Shown here one piece after another: positions 1-14,102 of a DNA stretch of 64,000 nt (its first letter is position 1; every line of letters starts with the position of its first letter). The stretch is from Octopus vulgaris. Its lineage: Eukaryota. The stretch covers positions 37,944,001 to 38,008,000 of the forward strand of contig OX597821.1 in the NCBI GenBank assembly GCA_951406725.2, in the 5' to 3' direction. The position numbers were made by a program, and so were the translations under genes. A model generated the notes under the pieces. It did not search any database, was not told the origin of the DNA, and saw only the letters and a program-made list of their open reading frames with translations.

Positions 1-127
1 GTTCTTGCGTCGAGTCACTTCAAAGATTTCAACTGTCAGCGGGAAAACAAAAATAATTCTGGGCGTAAAAGAAAACAGAGAAAGTGATAAAACAGTAGAA
101 AAAGAAGGAAAAATGATAAGGCATAAG

Positions 128-221
128 ATGAAAAGTTTAGCATGCTATATTGTCTTGTTATTTATACACTTAAAAGGTGTCATGGGGAGAACATACAAAA
201 AGGAAGTGATCCAGGTGCCAG
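128..221 (+). CDS. Exon 1 (signal peptide) of EGF-kringle-EGF-EGF-Ig protein: MKSLACYIVLLFIHLKGVMGRTYKKEVIQVP
   Basis: ATG at 128 (in-frame alternative ATG at 113). Basic N-terminus, hydrophobic core LACYIVLLFI and a plausible cleavage site at VMG|R. Donor CCAG|gtaaaa at 222 is phase 1 and matches the phase-1 acceptor at 10041 (G+AA=Glu). Confidence 0.7.
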
Positions 222-360
222 GTAAAAAAAAGACTGGAAACGTTTAGCAGAATAGTAGAATATTATCACGTCTCGTAATTACAAGGTAAATGTAAAAAAT
301 AATAGTTGTAATAATGTTTTAAACTTTGACACAAGGTCAGCTATATCGTGGGTAGGAGAT

Positions 361-521
361 TGCATCGTCCCCAGTGAGCAACTGCTACTTATTTTATCAA
401 CCCCGAAAGGAGGGAAGGTAAAATCGACCCCGGCGGAATTTGAACTTCACAACGTAAAGACGGACGAAATGACGCTACGAATTTTGTCCGGTGTACTAAC
501 AATTGTGTCACTCGTTGCCTT
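361..521 (-). mobile_element. Degraded copy of SINE family A (tRNA-like head, Meta-domain-like body)
   Basis: Reverse complement matches the aaggcggcgag...gttcaaattccgccg...cctttcggggtcgataaa consensus seen in many copies in the window. Confidence 0.7.
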
Positions 522-603
522 ATCAATATTTGTAATAATAAATATAGTCATATATACACGCATATATTCATACAAACACACGGAATTTCATATACACACA
601 AGC

Positions 604-683
604 ACCTACCTACCTACCTACCTACCTACCTACCTACCTACCTACCTACCTACCTACCTACTACATACATACATACATACCTA
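604..683 (+). repeat. (TACC)n followed by (TACA)n microsatellite
   Basis: Seen directly. Confidence 0.95.
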
Positions 684-1678
684 ACCACCCACCCATCTAC
701 CTACCTACTTACGAGGGGCGTATATTTCGGGTGTGCTAGGTGTGCACACCTATTGAAAATAGCCATTTCATTATAAATATTAACCTTACTCATTAATTTA
801 ATCACAAATCTTAATGCGAAACTTTTTGTATACTCCGGCTTGAAATTTGGTGGCATTGGGTGTGGTAGCACACTCAATACAACAACCACCATACGCCACT
901 GCTACCTACCTACCTATCCGTTTGTCTGTCTGTCTCTCTGTCTGTCAGTCTATCTGTCTCTGTCTGTCTCTCCCCCCCTTTATGAATGGATTAACGATAT
1001 TGTAAGTGTATTTTTCAAGTACTCTTTGCTACGAGGAACGAAAATACCTTTTACATATGATTTCACCTTCATTTCAGTTTCAAATATTTCATGCCAAACT
1101 ATCTAACTAATTCTCTATCAAACTCTGAGACGGTAGCGGGGGGTGGGTGGTACAAAAAAACATTAATCTAATAAATGAGATGAAGTCTGGAGTATATTTT
1201 AAATATCGATAGATTTAATGTTAATCTCTGATTTTTATTTCCTTTTTTGCATTAAATAGTTGATATATTCCGTGATATATTGATTGTCGATTCTGAATTA
1301 AGCAAGCACTTATCAAATAGCGGCGAAATCATCAACGAGTTGGGTTCTAAGTATTAAATTATTTTAACCGTTGAGTTGAATTTTAAATTAAAAATCAAAT
1401 ATGGAATTTCGCCATTTGGGTAAACAGAATTGATTCACAATCTCCGTTGTTGAAGAATACAACAACAACTCTAAATATTTAGTAGAGTCTACTGGTGTAT
1501 TATATTCATTTTTAAAAATCAACGTAAGGTTATGAAAATCTGGATAACAAGACAATCAAACATATAGAGGTATCACGATCTAGGTTTTATTTGTCGCTGG
1601 AAATCTGGTGGGAATATATTTGCGATGTAACTCAGCAGTTGGACAGTTGACAATGGTTAAGATCGGCTTCTATTTTAG

Positions 1679-1714
1679 ATCAAAAGAAACCAAAAATGAA
1701 TTCCACAATGTGCA
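1679..1714 (+). CDS. Candidate 36-nt phase 1-1 exon (DQKKPKMNSTMC)
   Basis: Acceptor cttctattttag|, strong donor A|gtgagt, length divisible by 3, open and in frame between exon 1 and the first EGF exon. No homology support. Confidence 0.4.
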
Positions 1715-1875
1715 GTGAGTAGTTCATTTCAATAAGCGCATATGTTGTAATGATGTTCATTGCGAATTTTTAGATATTATTATCGGGAAAATGTATAGAA
1801 TAATGGCCGGGGAGTCGTATATTCCAGTAGTCGTCGCACACAAAACTTCATTTATGAGTGTATTTTACGTACTAG

Positions 1876-1931
<56 letters not shown>

Positions 1932-2668
1932 GCTTTTTTTATGTTTTGAAGATAGAGCAACATTTCTGTTACAATTAAGGCGATAAGTTAGAGGCAATAA
2001 CCAGATGGCAAAGAAGAACTAGAAGAGATTGAACGTAAGACCAAAAAGAAATGCTTAGTATTTGCATTTCAGGCAGACATTTAGTATTTCCATTTCCTTT
2101 AACGAAATGTGTTAAGTGTAGCTTGTGGTACATATATTGAAAATCCGCTGATAAATTCTTTAAATAAAGAAACATGAGCACTAACGCTTTTCTTTGTAGC
2201 AATGTTAAAATCGCCCCATGCTATTATACATTCCTACAAACGCAGCGGAGTGGTGCAAGTATCACTGCTTAATAAAACTACAGCCGCAATCGAAAAGAAT
2301 TGTTTATTTTTATAAAATAAATATTCAATGTTGTTCGACGCATAAACACGGCACGCAATTGTATTATGGAAATGCATACAACAAATGCATGAATCTAATA
2401 TCATAAACATCCAATCTATACATACACACACGCACACTTTTAAAAGGAAGAACTTTCTCTTCTCGCAGACACGATATATTAATGTCTGCAAATGCATATG
2501 ACTAATAAATCACAAAAATACGACTCTACTTGAATGGCAGCGAGATCGATAACGTTTAATGTGTGGATCACCCTCGAGGGATTTGATATCACTTTGATTA
2601 ATTGGAGTACTTTTATATAAAAGGGGACTACGCACAACACACTCGCGCGCACACATACATACATGCAG

Positions 2669-2712
<44 letters not shown>

Positions 2713-3496
2713 TGTATGTATGTATATGTATTCTTCCGTGTCCATTTTGTCAAAACCTTCCAGTCATGAATGAACAATGAATCAGAGAAAAGTAATCTCA
2801 AATAAATGTAATACATAAAAAAACAAGAACCAATAAAAAATCAATGCTGGTAACTGAGATTTTTTTCTTTAAACTCAACGTATTGATACATCTCAATCTA
2901 CATAAAATAGATCTTGCGTGCAAATAGTATTTTGTTTACAATTTTCGATATTTTAAAATTTAGTTTTGCACTATTGTATAGAAAGTACAGTTAATACATA
3001 GCAATCATTCTGATTGTTTTGGTATTAAAATCGCAAACTTCTTAAAATTATTGAAGAGCATTTGTGGAGGATGTAAAACATTGAGAACAGAGAATGAAAT
3101 CATAGTGTTTAGAGAGGGGTTCCAATTGAGTTAGACATCGATAGGTTTCAGTTCGTAGCGGTGACACGAGTGAAGTGAGTAGAAATTGAATGGAGCGGGA
3201 TTTATGGTTGCTAGTAAAGCTGATGTTAATATATGCACTGAGCATAAAAATTATAATTACATAATGCTAATTATAATTATGATGGCGCAAGAAGATCATG
3301 ATATTAAGCTTAGTCATTAAATATGATAGCCACTTCGGGGAAAAAGAGATGGCAATGCCTGATATATTTCGGTTCTCAAAAATCCTCCTCGGTGAAGTGT
3401 ACACAGCTGAAGTGTGTGTGGTGAGGTTATTAAGAATTTTGTAGAATAGGTAGGGCATTGGATAAAATGCTTGGCGGTATTCAATTCTGGTTCTTA

Positions 3497-3734
3497 AAGG
3501 CGGCGAGCTTGCAGAATTGTTAGCACGCCGGGCGAAATGCTTAGCGGTATTTCGTCTGCCGTTACGTTCTGAGTTCAAATTCCGCCGAGGTCGACTATGC
3601 CTTTCATCTTTTCAGGGTCGATAAATTAAGTACCAGTTAAGCACAGGGGTCGATCTAATCGACTTAATCCGTTTGTCTGTCATTGTTTGTCCTCTCTGTG
3701 TTTAGCCCCTTGTGGGTAGTAAAGAAATAGGTAT
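3497..3734 (+). mobile_element. SINE family A, young copy nested in an older copy, with target-site duplication
   Basis: Head aaggcggcgagcttgcagaa, B-box-like gagttcaaattcc, body gcctttcatcttttcagggtcgataaattaagtaccag, tail ...gtagtaaagaaatag. Flanked by ggtat(t/g)caattctggttctt at 3476-3495 and 3730-3749. Confidence 0.85.
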
Positions 3735-4409
3735 GCAATTCTGGTTCTTTATATTCTGAATTCAATTGTTCATGAGACCAGCTTCATCTTTCATTGTTCA
3801 GAGGTTAAAATCAAGTACCTGCCTGCTACGGTGTCGACTAAATCAACTGCTCTCGCCGGTATGATAAATAAATAATGTAACAATGCAGGTTTAATTTCTT
3901 TTGGATATCAGTTTACCATTAATGTTTTACATGACGTATGAATGTTTTTAAATATTATTTTCCTTTAAATAAAATTTGAAAAAGGAAAAAAAAAAATTTC
4001 GGCTAGATTTCTACCATAACGAATTTGCTAGAATTAATTGGGTTTTCAATAAATCGAATCGCTGATGGGAGAAGTTCAAAACTAATAAAGAATCGACTTG
4101 AAATAAAAATAATTTCTAACAGAAATATAAAATGTGTATCAATGCATGTATGTTTCGATCAATGCATGGGTGCGTATATATATGAATTCATGTATGTATA
4201 CACGTATGTATTTATGCACACGTGTATGTAAATTTCATACTTTAGACATTTTAAACAGTAGTCTAGAGATGCATCAAATATCACATCGGTGCATATACAT
4301 ACATGCACACGCACCACTACAACTCTGTATGCATACACATACAAACACACACAAACACATGTGTTTGGGAAGCAAGCTTCATATCACACAGCCACGCTTG
4401 CGCGTATAT

Positions 4410-5283
4410 AATAAAAATATAAGGTACACGAAGCGCCAGGTTGCTAGAAAGTAGAGTCAAAATCCTCACCTTATCCAACATTCTCACTGAAAATACGCAA
4501 CGGACCAACAGAAATTGCAGAAGCAAGCAACATTTAACATACTATCTCAGCTAGAAAGCTGTAGAATGAATGAGGTAACAAATATAACTTGATCACGATT
4601 TCTACATCTGGCTAGTGCCTTAATTCTATTCAGCTGATCTTGCCATACTTAAAATGAAAACTCCATCTCACCACGCTGGAATGCGTTACGCTTTGAATCA
4701 TCTTGTGCCTTATTCAAAACAATGTCAGTGCTGAGATTGTTATATATGTATTATCTCCCCTAATTTCGCTCTTGCGTCTCACGTTTGATCTTTGACTTCT
4801 GGCCGAAATCAGATCGCCATGTTGATTCGCTAGCCTCTGCACGCATTTTTTTTCTCTCCTTGTTTCTTTCTGTGTTTCTTTTCTGTGTATCTTTCTGTTG
4901 AAGAGCGTAGGCTCGAAACGTAAAAGACTTGTTTTATTTATATTCCTGAGTTCCATACTAATACAATTGTTTGTTTGTATTCCACCTGCCTTCGTCTTTT
5001 GTCTATTTTCATAAAGCTTCCCGTTATATATATATATCAACGATTAAATATTCAAATGAATATTCGCATAGATATTATTATTATCAGCGGTAAATCTAAA
5101 TACTTGATAATAATAGCAATGGTAATATTAGTGGCAGCAAGCAATATTAGCATTAAATAGCTATATAATAAATTCATAATTATAATAGAGGGCACACGAA
5201 GCAGCAGCATGCTAGAAAGGAGAGTGAAAATCCTCAACTTATCCACCAATCTCACTGAATCTACGCAACGGACCAACAGAAAT
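4410..5283 (+). repeat. Diverged direct repeat of about 100 bp (4410-4515 and 5180-5283), probably ends of one repeat family
   Basis: Both copies contain acacgaagc...tgctagaaag...aaaatcctca.cttatcca...ctcactgaa..tacgcaacggaccaacagaaat. Confidence 0.7.
4890..4927 (+). ncRNA. Minimal type I hammerhead-ribozyme-like motif (core variant CUGUUGA)
   Basis: ucuuu-CUGUUGA-A-GAGC[GUAG]GCUC-GAAA-C-GUA-aaaga: perfect 5-bp stem I, 4-bp stem II, palindromic ACGU stem III. A6 is replaced by U. Confidence 0.55.
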
Positions 5284-5288
5284 CAGTA

Positions 5289-5372
<84 letters not shown>

Positions 5373-5374
5373 TG

Positions 5375-5405
<31 letters not shown>

Positions 5406-5997
5406 GTATGTACGTACGTACGTATGTGTGTGTATGTATGTATGTATGTATGTATGTATGTATGTATGTATGTATGTATGTATGTATGCTGGTTTCTCTT
5501 AGATAGACTTGATTATAATTTTAATAATAATTATTACGTATGAGGTTTTTTTCCATGCTGGTCACTTGATGTGATTATTTTAAATAACGATTTATCCCTA
5601 TTTATCTATAACAAATTTATATATATATATACGTATGTATGTTTGTATTTAAAATTTATAATTTTATATATAATTATTGTATGCCCAAAAAGTCGAAACA
5701 AAACTTATTTCCTCCATACTGAGTTAATGGCCAATCATTACGAAGCTACATAAAAAAAACTCCATAAATACATGCGATTGAAAGCGCGCTAATGAGATTT
5801 CTCCCTTTAAATAAATAAATATATATAATTACCAATTTAATATATAAATCGCATATTTCTATACTGACTACATGGTAATTATCACTAATGTGATTTTAAT
5901 CCTTATTCTATATATCGATATATGTATATATATAAATTTAAATAAGGAAAGATGTCTATAAATATACATACGTACAAATATATATGTATATACATAA

Positions 5998-6048
<51 letters not shown>

Positions 6049-6102
6049 CATATATTTGTACATATGTACAAATATATACATACATATGTATGTATATATA
6101 TT

Positions 6103-6166
<64 letters not shown>

Positions 6167-6170
6167 TATG

Positions 6171-6809
<639 letters not shown>

Positions 6810-6906
6810 AGTCAATTCAAATAAACGAACAATGAAATTTACAACAACAGACAAGAAGACATGCGCAAGGAATGTATTAGTTTGACGTTCAGTAAAAACG
6901 GAGGGT

Positions 6907-6941
6907 CTTTGACATTTCGAACAATGCCCTTCGTCAGAAAG
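6907..6941 (-). ncRNA. Minimal type I hammerhead-ribozyme-like motif
   Basis: Minus strand: cuuu-CUGACGA-A-GGGC[AUU]GUUC-GAAA-U-GUC-aaag. Canonical core, GUC triplet, 4-bp stem I. Confidence 0.6.
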
Positions 6942-7099
6942 GAGAAAAAAAGAAAAGCCCAAAGAAGAGAAAGAACTCACTAACAAGTGTGTAGTTACAC
7001 TACGCGCTCGCACACATAAATCACACAAACACACACATACATACAAATATATACATGCGTGCACACACACAATACCTACTGAAGTCCTGGCATTGACAA

Positions 7100-7169
7100 G
7101 CCGACCGTTTCGACTACTGATAGCGACCTAAGGAGAGACACTCCCTTACGATTAACTTCTCGTCGGGAC
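7100..7169 (-). ncRNA. Degenerate hammerhead-like motif with long stem II
   Basis: Minus strand: guc-CCGACGA-ga...uaagggag[ugucu]cuccuua...guc-GAAAC-G-GUC-ggc. U4 is mutated to C. Confidence 0.35.
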
Positions 7170-7412
7170 GTCCAACAAGAAGAATATGAAGAATCGTCGT
7201 AAGGCTAAGCATTTTCTGCACATGAAACTCAGAATGAATCTCTAGACCAGCCATAACTATTTTCGTTTACACACACACACCTACACACATGTGTACGTCT
7301 GTATGTGTTTATGCATGTATATATGCACCTATTCCTTCATATAAACACATAATTCCCATGTAACAATGAAACACGCACAGACGTATAAAAGAAATAACAT
7401 TGAAAGGAGTGG

Positions 7413-7798
<386 letters not shown>

Positions 7799-7959
7799 AT
7801 GTGTGTATATGCACGCATGCACACACACGCATACACACCTACTCACACACGTATACAGCACACACATATCTATCTGTCTGTCCGTCTTTTTATCTGCCCG
7901 TGTGCGTATGTATGTGTCTGTGAATGCGCGTGTGTGTTTGTCTCTACGTTTGTAAGCAC

Positions 7960-8160
7960 CACCGCTTGACAACCGACATTGCTTTCTTTATGTCCCCGTA
8001 ACATTGCAGATCGGCGTAAGTATTCGATAAAATGAATAACAGGTTTTGAAAAAGAAGTACTGGGGTCGATACGTTCGACTAAAATCAATCAAGTCTGTGC
8101 CGCTGCTTGGCTGCAGTCCAATGTCTGACAAAAGCAAAAGATAAAAGTAAAAGATAAAAG
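7960..8160 (+). mobile_element. 3' half of SINE family B (same family as 55893-56298)
   Basis: cgcttgacaaccga...tgtccccgtaac...ggggtcgat...aaaagataaaag tail matches the full copy at 55.9-56.3 kb. Confidence 0.7.
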
Positions 8161-8260
8161 ATATACACACACATATACGTACATACATGAATATATGTAC
8201 ATATGTGTGTATATGTTTATATATATATACACAGATACGCACATATATCTACATATATAT

Positions 8261-8332
<72 letters not shown>

Positions 8333-8355
8333 GTGTATTACACACACACATACAC

Positions 8356-8389
<34 letters not shown>

Positions 8390-8888
8390 GGATATATGGT
8401 ATAAACACGCATCATATATTTACAGGGACAGATATATTTGTATAGATATACTGATGCGTGTGTATATGCTAGTAATGGTGCATGAATTTTCAAAGTAAAA
8501 TGGATGTATATTTTCTAGCGTGAAGAGGAAGTATATCATGTGTTAACTGTAGAACATAGAAACTGAAGAAAAATCAATCCACCGCTCTAAGCTGCGTTCT
8601 ATTAGAGACGGCGTTCACGTTTTATGTTGGTGCGCTTTTAGAAATGGAAGTAAAACGTAATTTACTGATCATTGAGATGTTTTAGTATTTATTAGGTTTA
8701 TTAAATATTTGCTTTATAACTTTATGCACATCAGTAAGATGTATATATATATATTTATATATACATACACATACATACATACATAGATACATGCATGCAT
8801 ACACACAAGCATACATACATATGTTTGTATGAATGTTTTTATATATATAGATATACGTACATACATACAAACATACATACATACATAC

Positions 8889-8925
<37 letters not shown>

Positions 8926-9179
8926 TAAACATATACACACACACACATATATATTGATGGTAATAAAAATAATAATTGATGAAGCGTAAACCCATTACTT
9001 CAAAACATTACATACACACTCGCACACACACACACATATACACACGCATATAAACGTTCATACACACAAATACATACATTCAAACTTGCATGCAACACAT
9101 GCACGCGCACTCACCCGCCCCCACACTAACACATATGTACATATATGCGTCTGTATGTGCGTGCAAGTATATATGCTGT

Positions 9180-9712
9180 TGTGTGTGTACACATACATGC
9201 GTACACACATACAATGAATGTGTGTGTGGGTATATAAAATATGCTATCTTATATTGTTGTCCATATATACGTGTGCGTGTGCTTGTGTGTGTACACATAC
9301 ATGCGTACACACATACACACACATTCGAATGAATGTGTGTGTGGGTATATAAAATATGCTATCTTATATTGTTGTCCATATATATGTGTGCGTGTGCTTG
9401 TGTGTGTACACATACATGCGTACACACACACACACATTCGAATGAATGTGTGTGTGTGTGTGTGTGTATATAAAATATGCTATCTTATATTTTTGTCCAT
9501 ATATATGTGTGCGTGTGCTTGTGTGTGTACACATACATGCGTACACACATACACACACATTCGAATGAATGTGTGTGTGTGGGTATATAAAATATGCTAT
9601 CTTATATTGTTGTCCATATATATATATGTGTGCGTGTGCTTGTGTGTGTACACATACATGCGTACACACATACACACACGCATTCGAATGAATGTGTGTG
9701 TGTGTGTGTATA
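9180..9712 (+). repeat. Minisatellite, about 113-123-bp unit, 4 full copies plus partials
   Basis: Unit aatgaatg(tg)n..tatataaaatatgctatcttatattgttgtccata...gtacacatacatgcgtacacaca...cattcg starts near 9213, 9328, 9441, 9564 and 9687. Confidence 0.9.
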
Positions 9713-10040
9713 TATACAGACATGCAGGCACATATGTCCGGATGCTTATACTGATGTATTGAAAACTGTATTTGTGTGTATAAACAGAATTCTATGATTT
9801 TGATTTTTATTTTGATGGGAAATGTTCTGCAGATTTAACAAAGTAGGTTAAAATAGTTTTGCATTCTGTCTTTTTTTATCAACTGAACTAATCACTTAAC
9901 GAACTTACTTACACAGATATAAACTTTCTATGAATTTACTCGTTCATATGATGTCATTACATATAATATATATTCCTAATCTATCTGGTTTTAAATTCTT
10001 ATAAAGTTTTACATTTTTGTCTTTTTGTTTTTTTTTCCAG

Positions 10041-10199
10041 AATCGATTGATGAATTACAAGGCAAATGCTCCAGCCAGTATTTTGGATATAAATGCAAAT
10101 TTAAATGCCATTGTCAAAGAGATGAACCTTGCGATAAGTTGGACGGAACTTGTTATTCAGGATGTGCAGACGATTACTGGGGACCTGGCTGTCAATTAT
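10041..10199 (+). CDS. EGF-like (MEGF/laminin-type, 8 Cys) exon: ESIDELQGKCSSQYFGYKCKFKCHCQRDEPCDKLDGTCYSGCADDYWGPGCQL
   Basis: Long polypyrimidine acceptor ttttttccag|, donor T|gtaagt, 159 nt, phase 1-1. Motif C..FG..C...C.C.....C....G.C...C....WG..C. Confidence 0.93.
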
Positions 10200-10279
10200 G
10201 TAAGTTGCCCCCACTCCGCCTTCTATCAGTCTTTCTTCCATAGTTTTCCATATAGACATATATATATGCAAGTACATAG

Positions 10280-10321
<42 letters not shown>

Positions 10322-11732
10322 CGTGTGTGTGTACGTATATTAGTGTATTAATGTCTTTGTGTAGACTAATTCAAGAATGAGAAATAAACGGATATTAAGT
10401 TCGGTCATTTCGCAGAAACTTGGTGAAATTAATGAAGTATTACTTGCCGTGTATTAGTTAATAACCTCCGATTATGGAGTTCATTGCAATACATTTTGCA
10501 GCTCAAAACTCCACAGCTGAATGGATCAATAGGACGTGTTAGCCGTTCTTACAAAGGTAATAGTATTTGGACGACTTCCATAAATGGAGTTTATGAACTA
10601 ATAAATTTAAACTCCTCCTTACGCTATGAATTACATTAGGAGAAATGAGTAGTTTCCATCGATTATGTTTCCTTCTAGCATCAAATAGTCTACATCTACA
10701 ATTGTAACGATTCTGCAACTTTAATTGCCGGAATTTCTTTCAAACCAGACATTTAGGTTTCCTTCTAAAAGTAAACCTCTCCACTTATAAAATCGCCACA
10801 AGTCTGCCTGTTTAAATAAGGCATTTAACTCATTTACGGCGGAATTTATTAAATTCTCTGATATTGACTGAAGCAAGAACGGATTAATCTACTTTGGCCG
10901 GTTACAGTTGTTGCAGTTAGCCACATCAAATTTTGAATACGTCATCATTCGAAATAGGTTAAAAGTCAGCTTTGGTTTGTAGAGTTTTGTTGCCGAGCAT
11001 CTTCGTCCTTGCTACCATCTGATGAAGCTCCTACGGATTCACGGAGGAGTTAAAGACGGATTGTTAGTTAACCCTCACTCTATGGTATTCCTAACTGAAA
11101 TGAAAAAAAAGAAAATAATGAAAGACATTTCACGCCGGACCATGTCGTCGTATTATATATCAAAGACTACACGATTAAAAGTGCCGATCCTTTTTCTTTT
11201 TTTTTTTAATCGGTAGGACGTGAATTGAGGGTGATTCTGCTGCAATTCCTAGCACACTAAGCAACCTCTTGAATGAGCTTTCATTGGTTCGAAGAATTGC
11301 TAAGTTAGTGAATACAAGCAACAATTTTCTCCTTAAACACAAATCACGTAAGCTTTACTTTTTGAGAGAGTCGGAGGTTTTGAGATGAGTAGAAGCAAGT
11401 TCCTTTATTTCCCCTCAAACAGCCAGAATGGTTCACAGAGTATTTATATCCTTATGTCTTCGAATCTTCTTTCTCCTCCATCCCTCAACGATGTTTTCAG
11501 GCCGGTTGGTCATGCGTATACAGAATACGTATCATTTTAAGGATAGGAATGCATTTTAAACTGTGACAATTTCCTAGATTTTCAGTCTGAGGAACCTTAT
11601 TCGTGAACTTATTCTTCAATCGTATTTTAGCTGAGTTCAGAGACGGTTTCAAGTTTCTCACCATGACCCACACCGATTACATATGGTCTGACCTTACAAC
11701 GCTAACCACTTTCCAACTGAAATAATTGTAAA

Positions 11733-11797
11733 GTAGGTCACTCTTTCCAAATGTAGGTCATTCTTTCCAAATGTAGGTCACTTTTTCCAAATGTAGG
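11733..11797 (+). repeat. 20-bp tandem repeat x3 (gtaggtcaYtYtttccaaat)
   Basis: Seen directly. Confidence 0.9.
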
Positions 11798-13653
11798 CTT
11801 AAAGTAGTTTAGGCAAAGGAATGTGGGTCTGATTCTCAGAGATCACTCACGTTTTAATGTCTAAGAAGCTATAATTCTTTTCTGCATTGAGAATTATTTT
11901 AAAATCCAGAAATATGTTACAACTACTCGTACTCACAAGGAAACACACATACATGTACACATGGGCACACACGCAATTATAACCATACTCTTGTGTATAA
12001 TATAGACATCTACACAAACATACACTTAAGAGGGACATACATACGCGTATGCATGTATGTCTGTATGCGTATTTATGTGTTTTATGGAGTGTTTAGAATT
12101 TTGCAGTTTGGTGTTTTGCAGTTGTTATTGGAATTTTTTCATAAATTAACTTGCGTTGTATCCATCAAACACTGCATTCTCTGTTATCTTGCACTATGTA
12201 AGCTTTTGGTATCTTGTTTTTTTTTAATCTTTTAGACAAAATCTCATCCTGTACTTGTGATTTCTTTTAACCTCACTCGTTATTTCGTCATCATCCATAC
12301 ACCATCTCTTATTTGATCATAAACTTCACTTTAGTTGGCCAAGATCAATGATTGCGAATTCTATACGCTACCATGTTTTATTATCTCTGTTTTATAGCCT
12401 TTGTTTAGTTTTATTTATTTATTTTCAAAGTTTTCAATGGTTTCCACTTTTGTAATTTCCAGACAGCTTGTTGCTTGGCCGACATTGATTTTCCATTAAA
12501 TGTTTTCTCTTCAATGATATTCACGCTTCAACGAATGTGTTTCCTTCCTGGAGATAACGTTTCGGGTACTTACTCTGAGTTTTCTTTAGAATGCCTCTTT
12601 CATTTGAATATCTACACTGACACACAGCTGTTGTGCACGCCCACGCCACCCTCATGGGTAGAGAAAACATACGAAATGTACGAAATTTTATATGTATGGG
12701 GAATGCTTCTTCTATGTACGACTGTCTATATATCTACATAATATATTTTCAAGCATAGAACATCATAATTATTGATCATATATGAAACATAAAGCAACAA
12801 AAAGCAGTTTTCTGTCTTAAAATTAAATATTTGAATTAACTACAACAATATGAGGCATGACTTATCATATTTATTAATATAGGGGTGTGAATGTTTTCAG
12901 CAGCGCACGCATATTACCAGCTTAATAACGCCAAAGTTATTCCCGAAATTCTTCTTTATTTTCAAAATTAACGAAAGCAGTCTATTTCAACAGAATTATG
13001 CTAACAAAAGTTCCTTCAATATCGCTGAACTCGCCCTTACTCTCAATGACATGTTCCGATGTGGCACGATTCACAAAAAACCGAGAAATCCTTGATTTCA
13101 TTCCTAAGTTACTAGCATAGTTCTGTGTGTGTGTGTGTATACATATTATGTCTCTGAATTCATCTACGTGTGTGTGTGTATGTAAGTATCTCTCGTATAT
13201 GTATGTGTACGTGTGTGTGTGAATGAGTTCAAATGAAACTCCATGTTTATACAGAGCACCTTATTCTTTGACTTTCAATAACTGTTTTTCGGTGAATCTC
13301 TTCTATTCTTCCTATTCTGTATTTACAGATTATTTAAATTTGGGCAGTTTATCCATTTCTTTGGGAGATACACTAATACAGAGATTAGATAACATTTCTC
13401 TTTGAAACGCTATTTGGCACTAATACCTCGAAATTTTCCCTTAATCTCCCGATCTGTATGAGTTAGCATCTCTTAGGCTATGGTCACCAGGTCAATACTT
13501 TTCACCTTTTCCTGGTGTATATTTACATCACCTCTACGTATTGTCGACATATCTGTCAGTCTTCTTCTTCTTGTTCTTCACCTTCCGCTTTTTCATTTTC
13601 TTATTTCTTCCTCCTCCTCTTTCTCCCTTTTCTTCTTATGTACGTCTTAGTCA

Positions 13654-14045
13654 AGGTAGGTTGGCTGAATCTTTAGCGTGTCAGAAAAAAATGCTTAACG
13701 GCATTTCTACCGTTTCTTTACGTTCTGAGTTCAAATCTCGCAGAAGTTATTTTGCCTCTCATCCTTTCGGACTTGATAAATTATATAACCAGTCAAGTAC
13801 TAATCCTCTCCCTCTAAGATTACTAACCTTCAGTCGAAATTTGGAACGATTCTTATTACTGCGATTTGTATGAAGGCAACGAGCAGTATTGGTTCCGGTT
13901 ATATTCTCAGTTCAAATTCTGCCAAGATGAACTTCATATTTACACCTTTGAGGCCCGTAAAGTAGACCACGAGTAGAGCACCATGGTCGATGTGATCGAA
14001 TAATATCATCCTTTCGGAATTACTGGCTTAGTACCAAAATTTGAA

Positions 14046-14050
<5 letters not shown>
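13654..14050 (+). mobile_element. Two degraded SINE family A copies, the second ending in (ATT)n
   Basis: aatgcttaacggcatttc...gttctgagttcaaat...tcatcctttcgg motifs. Confidence 0.6.

Positions 14051-14099
<49 letters not shown>

Positions 14100-14102
<3 letters not shown>

Noticed and set aside
9180-9712. Regularly spaced repeats superficially like a CRISPR array (also 11733-11797)
   Set aside because: No unique spacers, no cas genes, eukaryotic intron context; these are tandem minisatellites.
10017-10343. 108-aa ORF overlapping the first EGF exon (likewise 27927-28223 and the antisense ORF 21821-22087)
   Set aside because: Alternative frames or antisense shadows of real exons; the Cys-patterned frame fits the splice phases.
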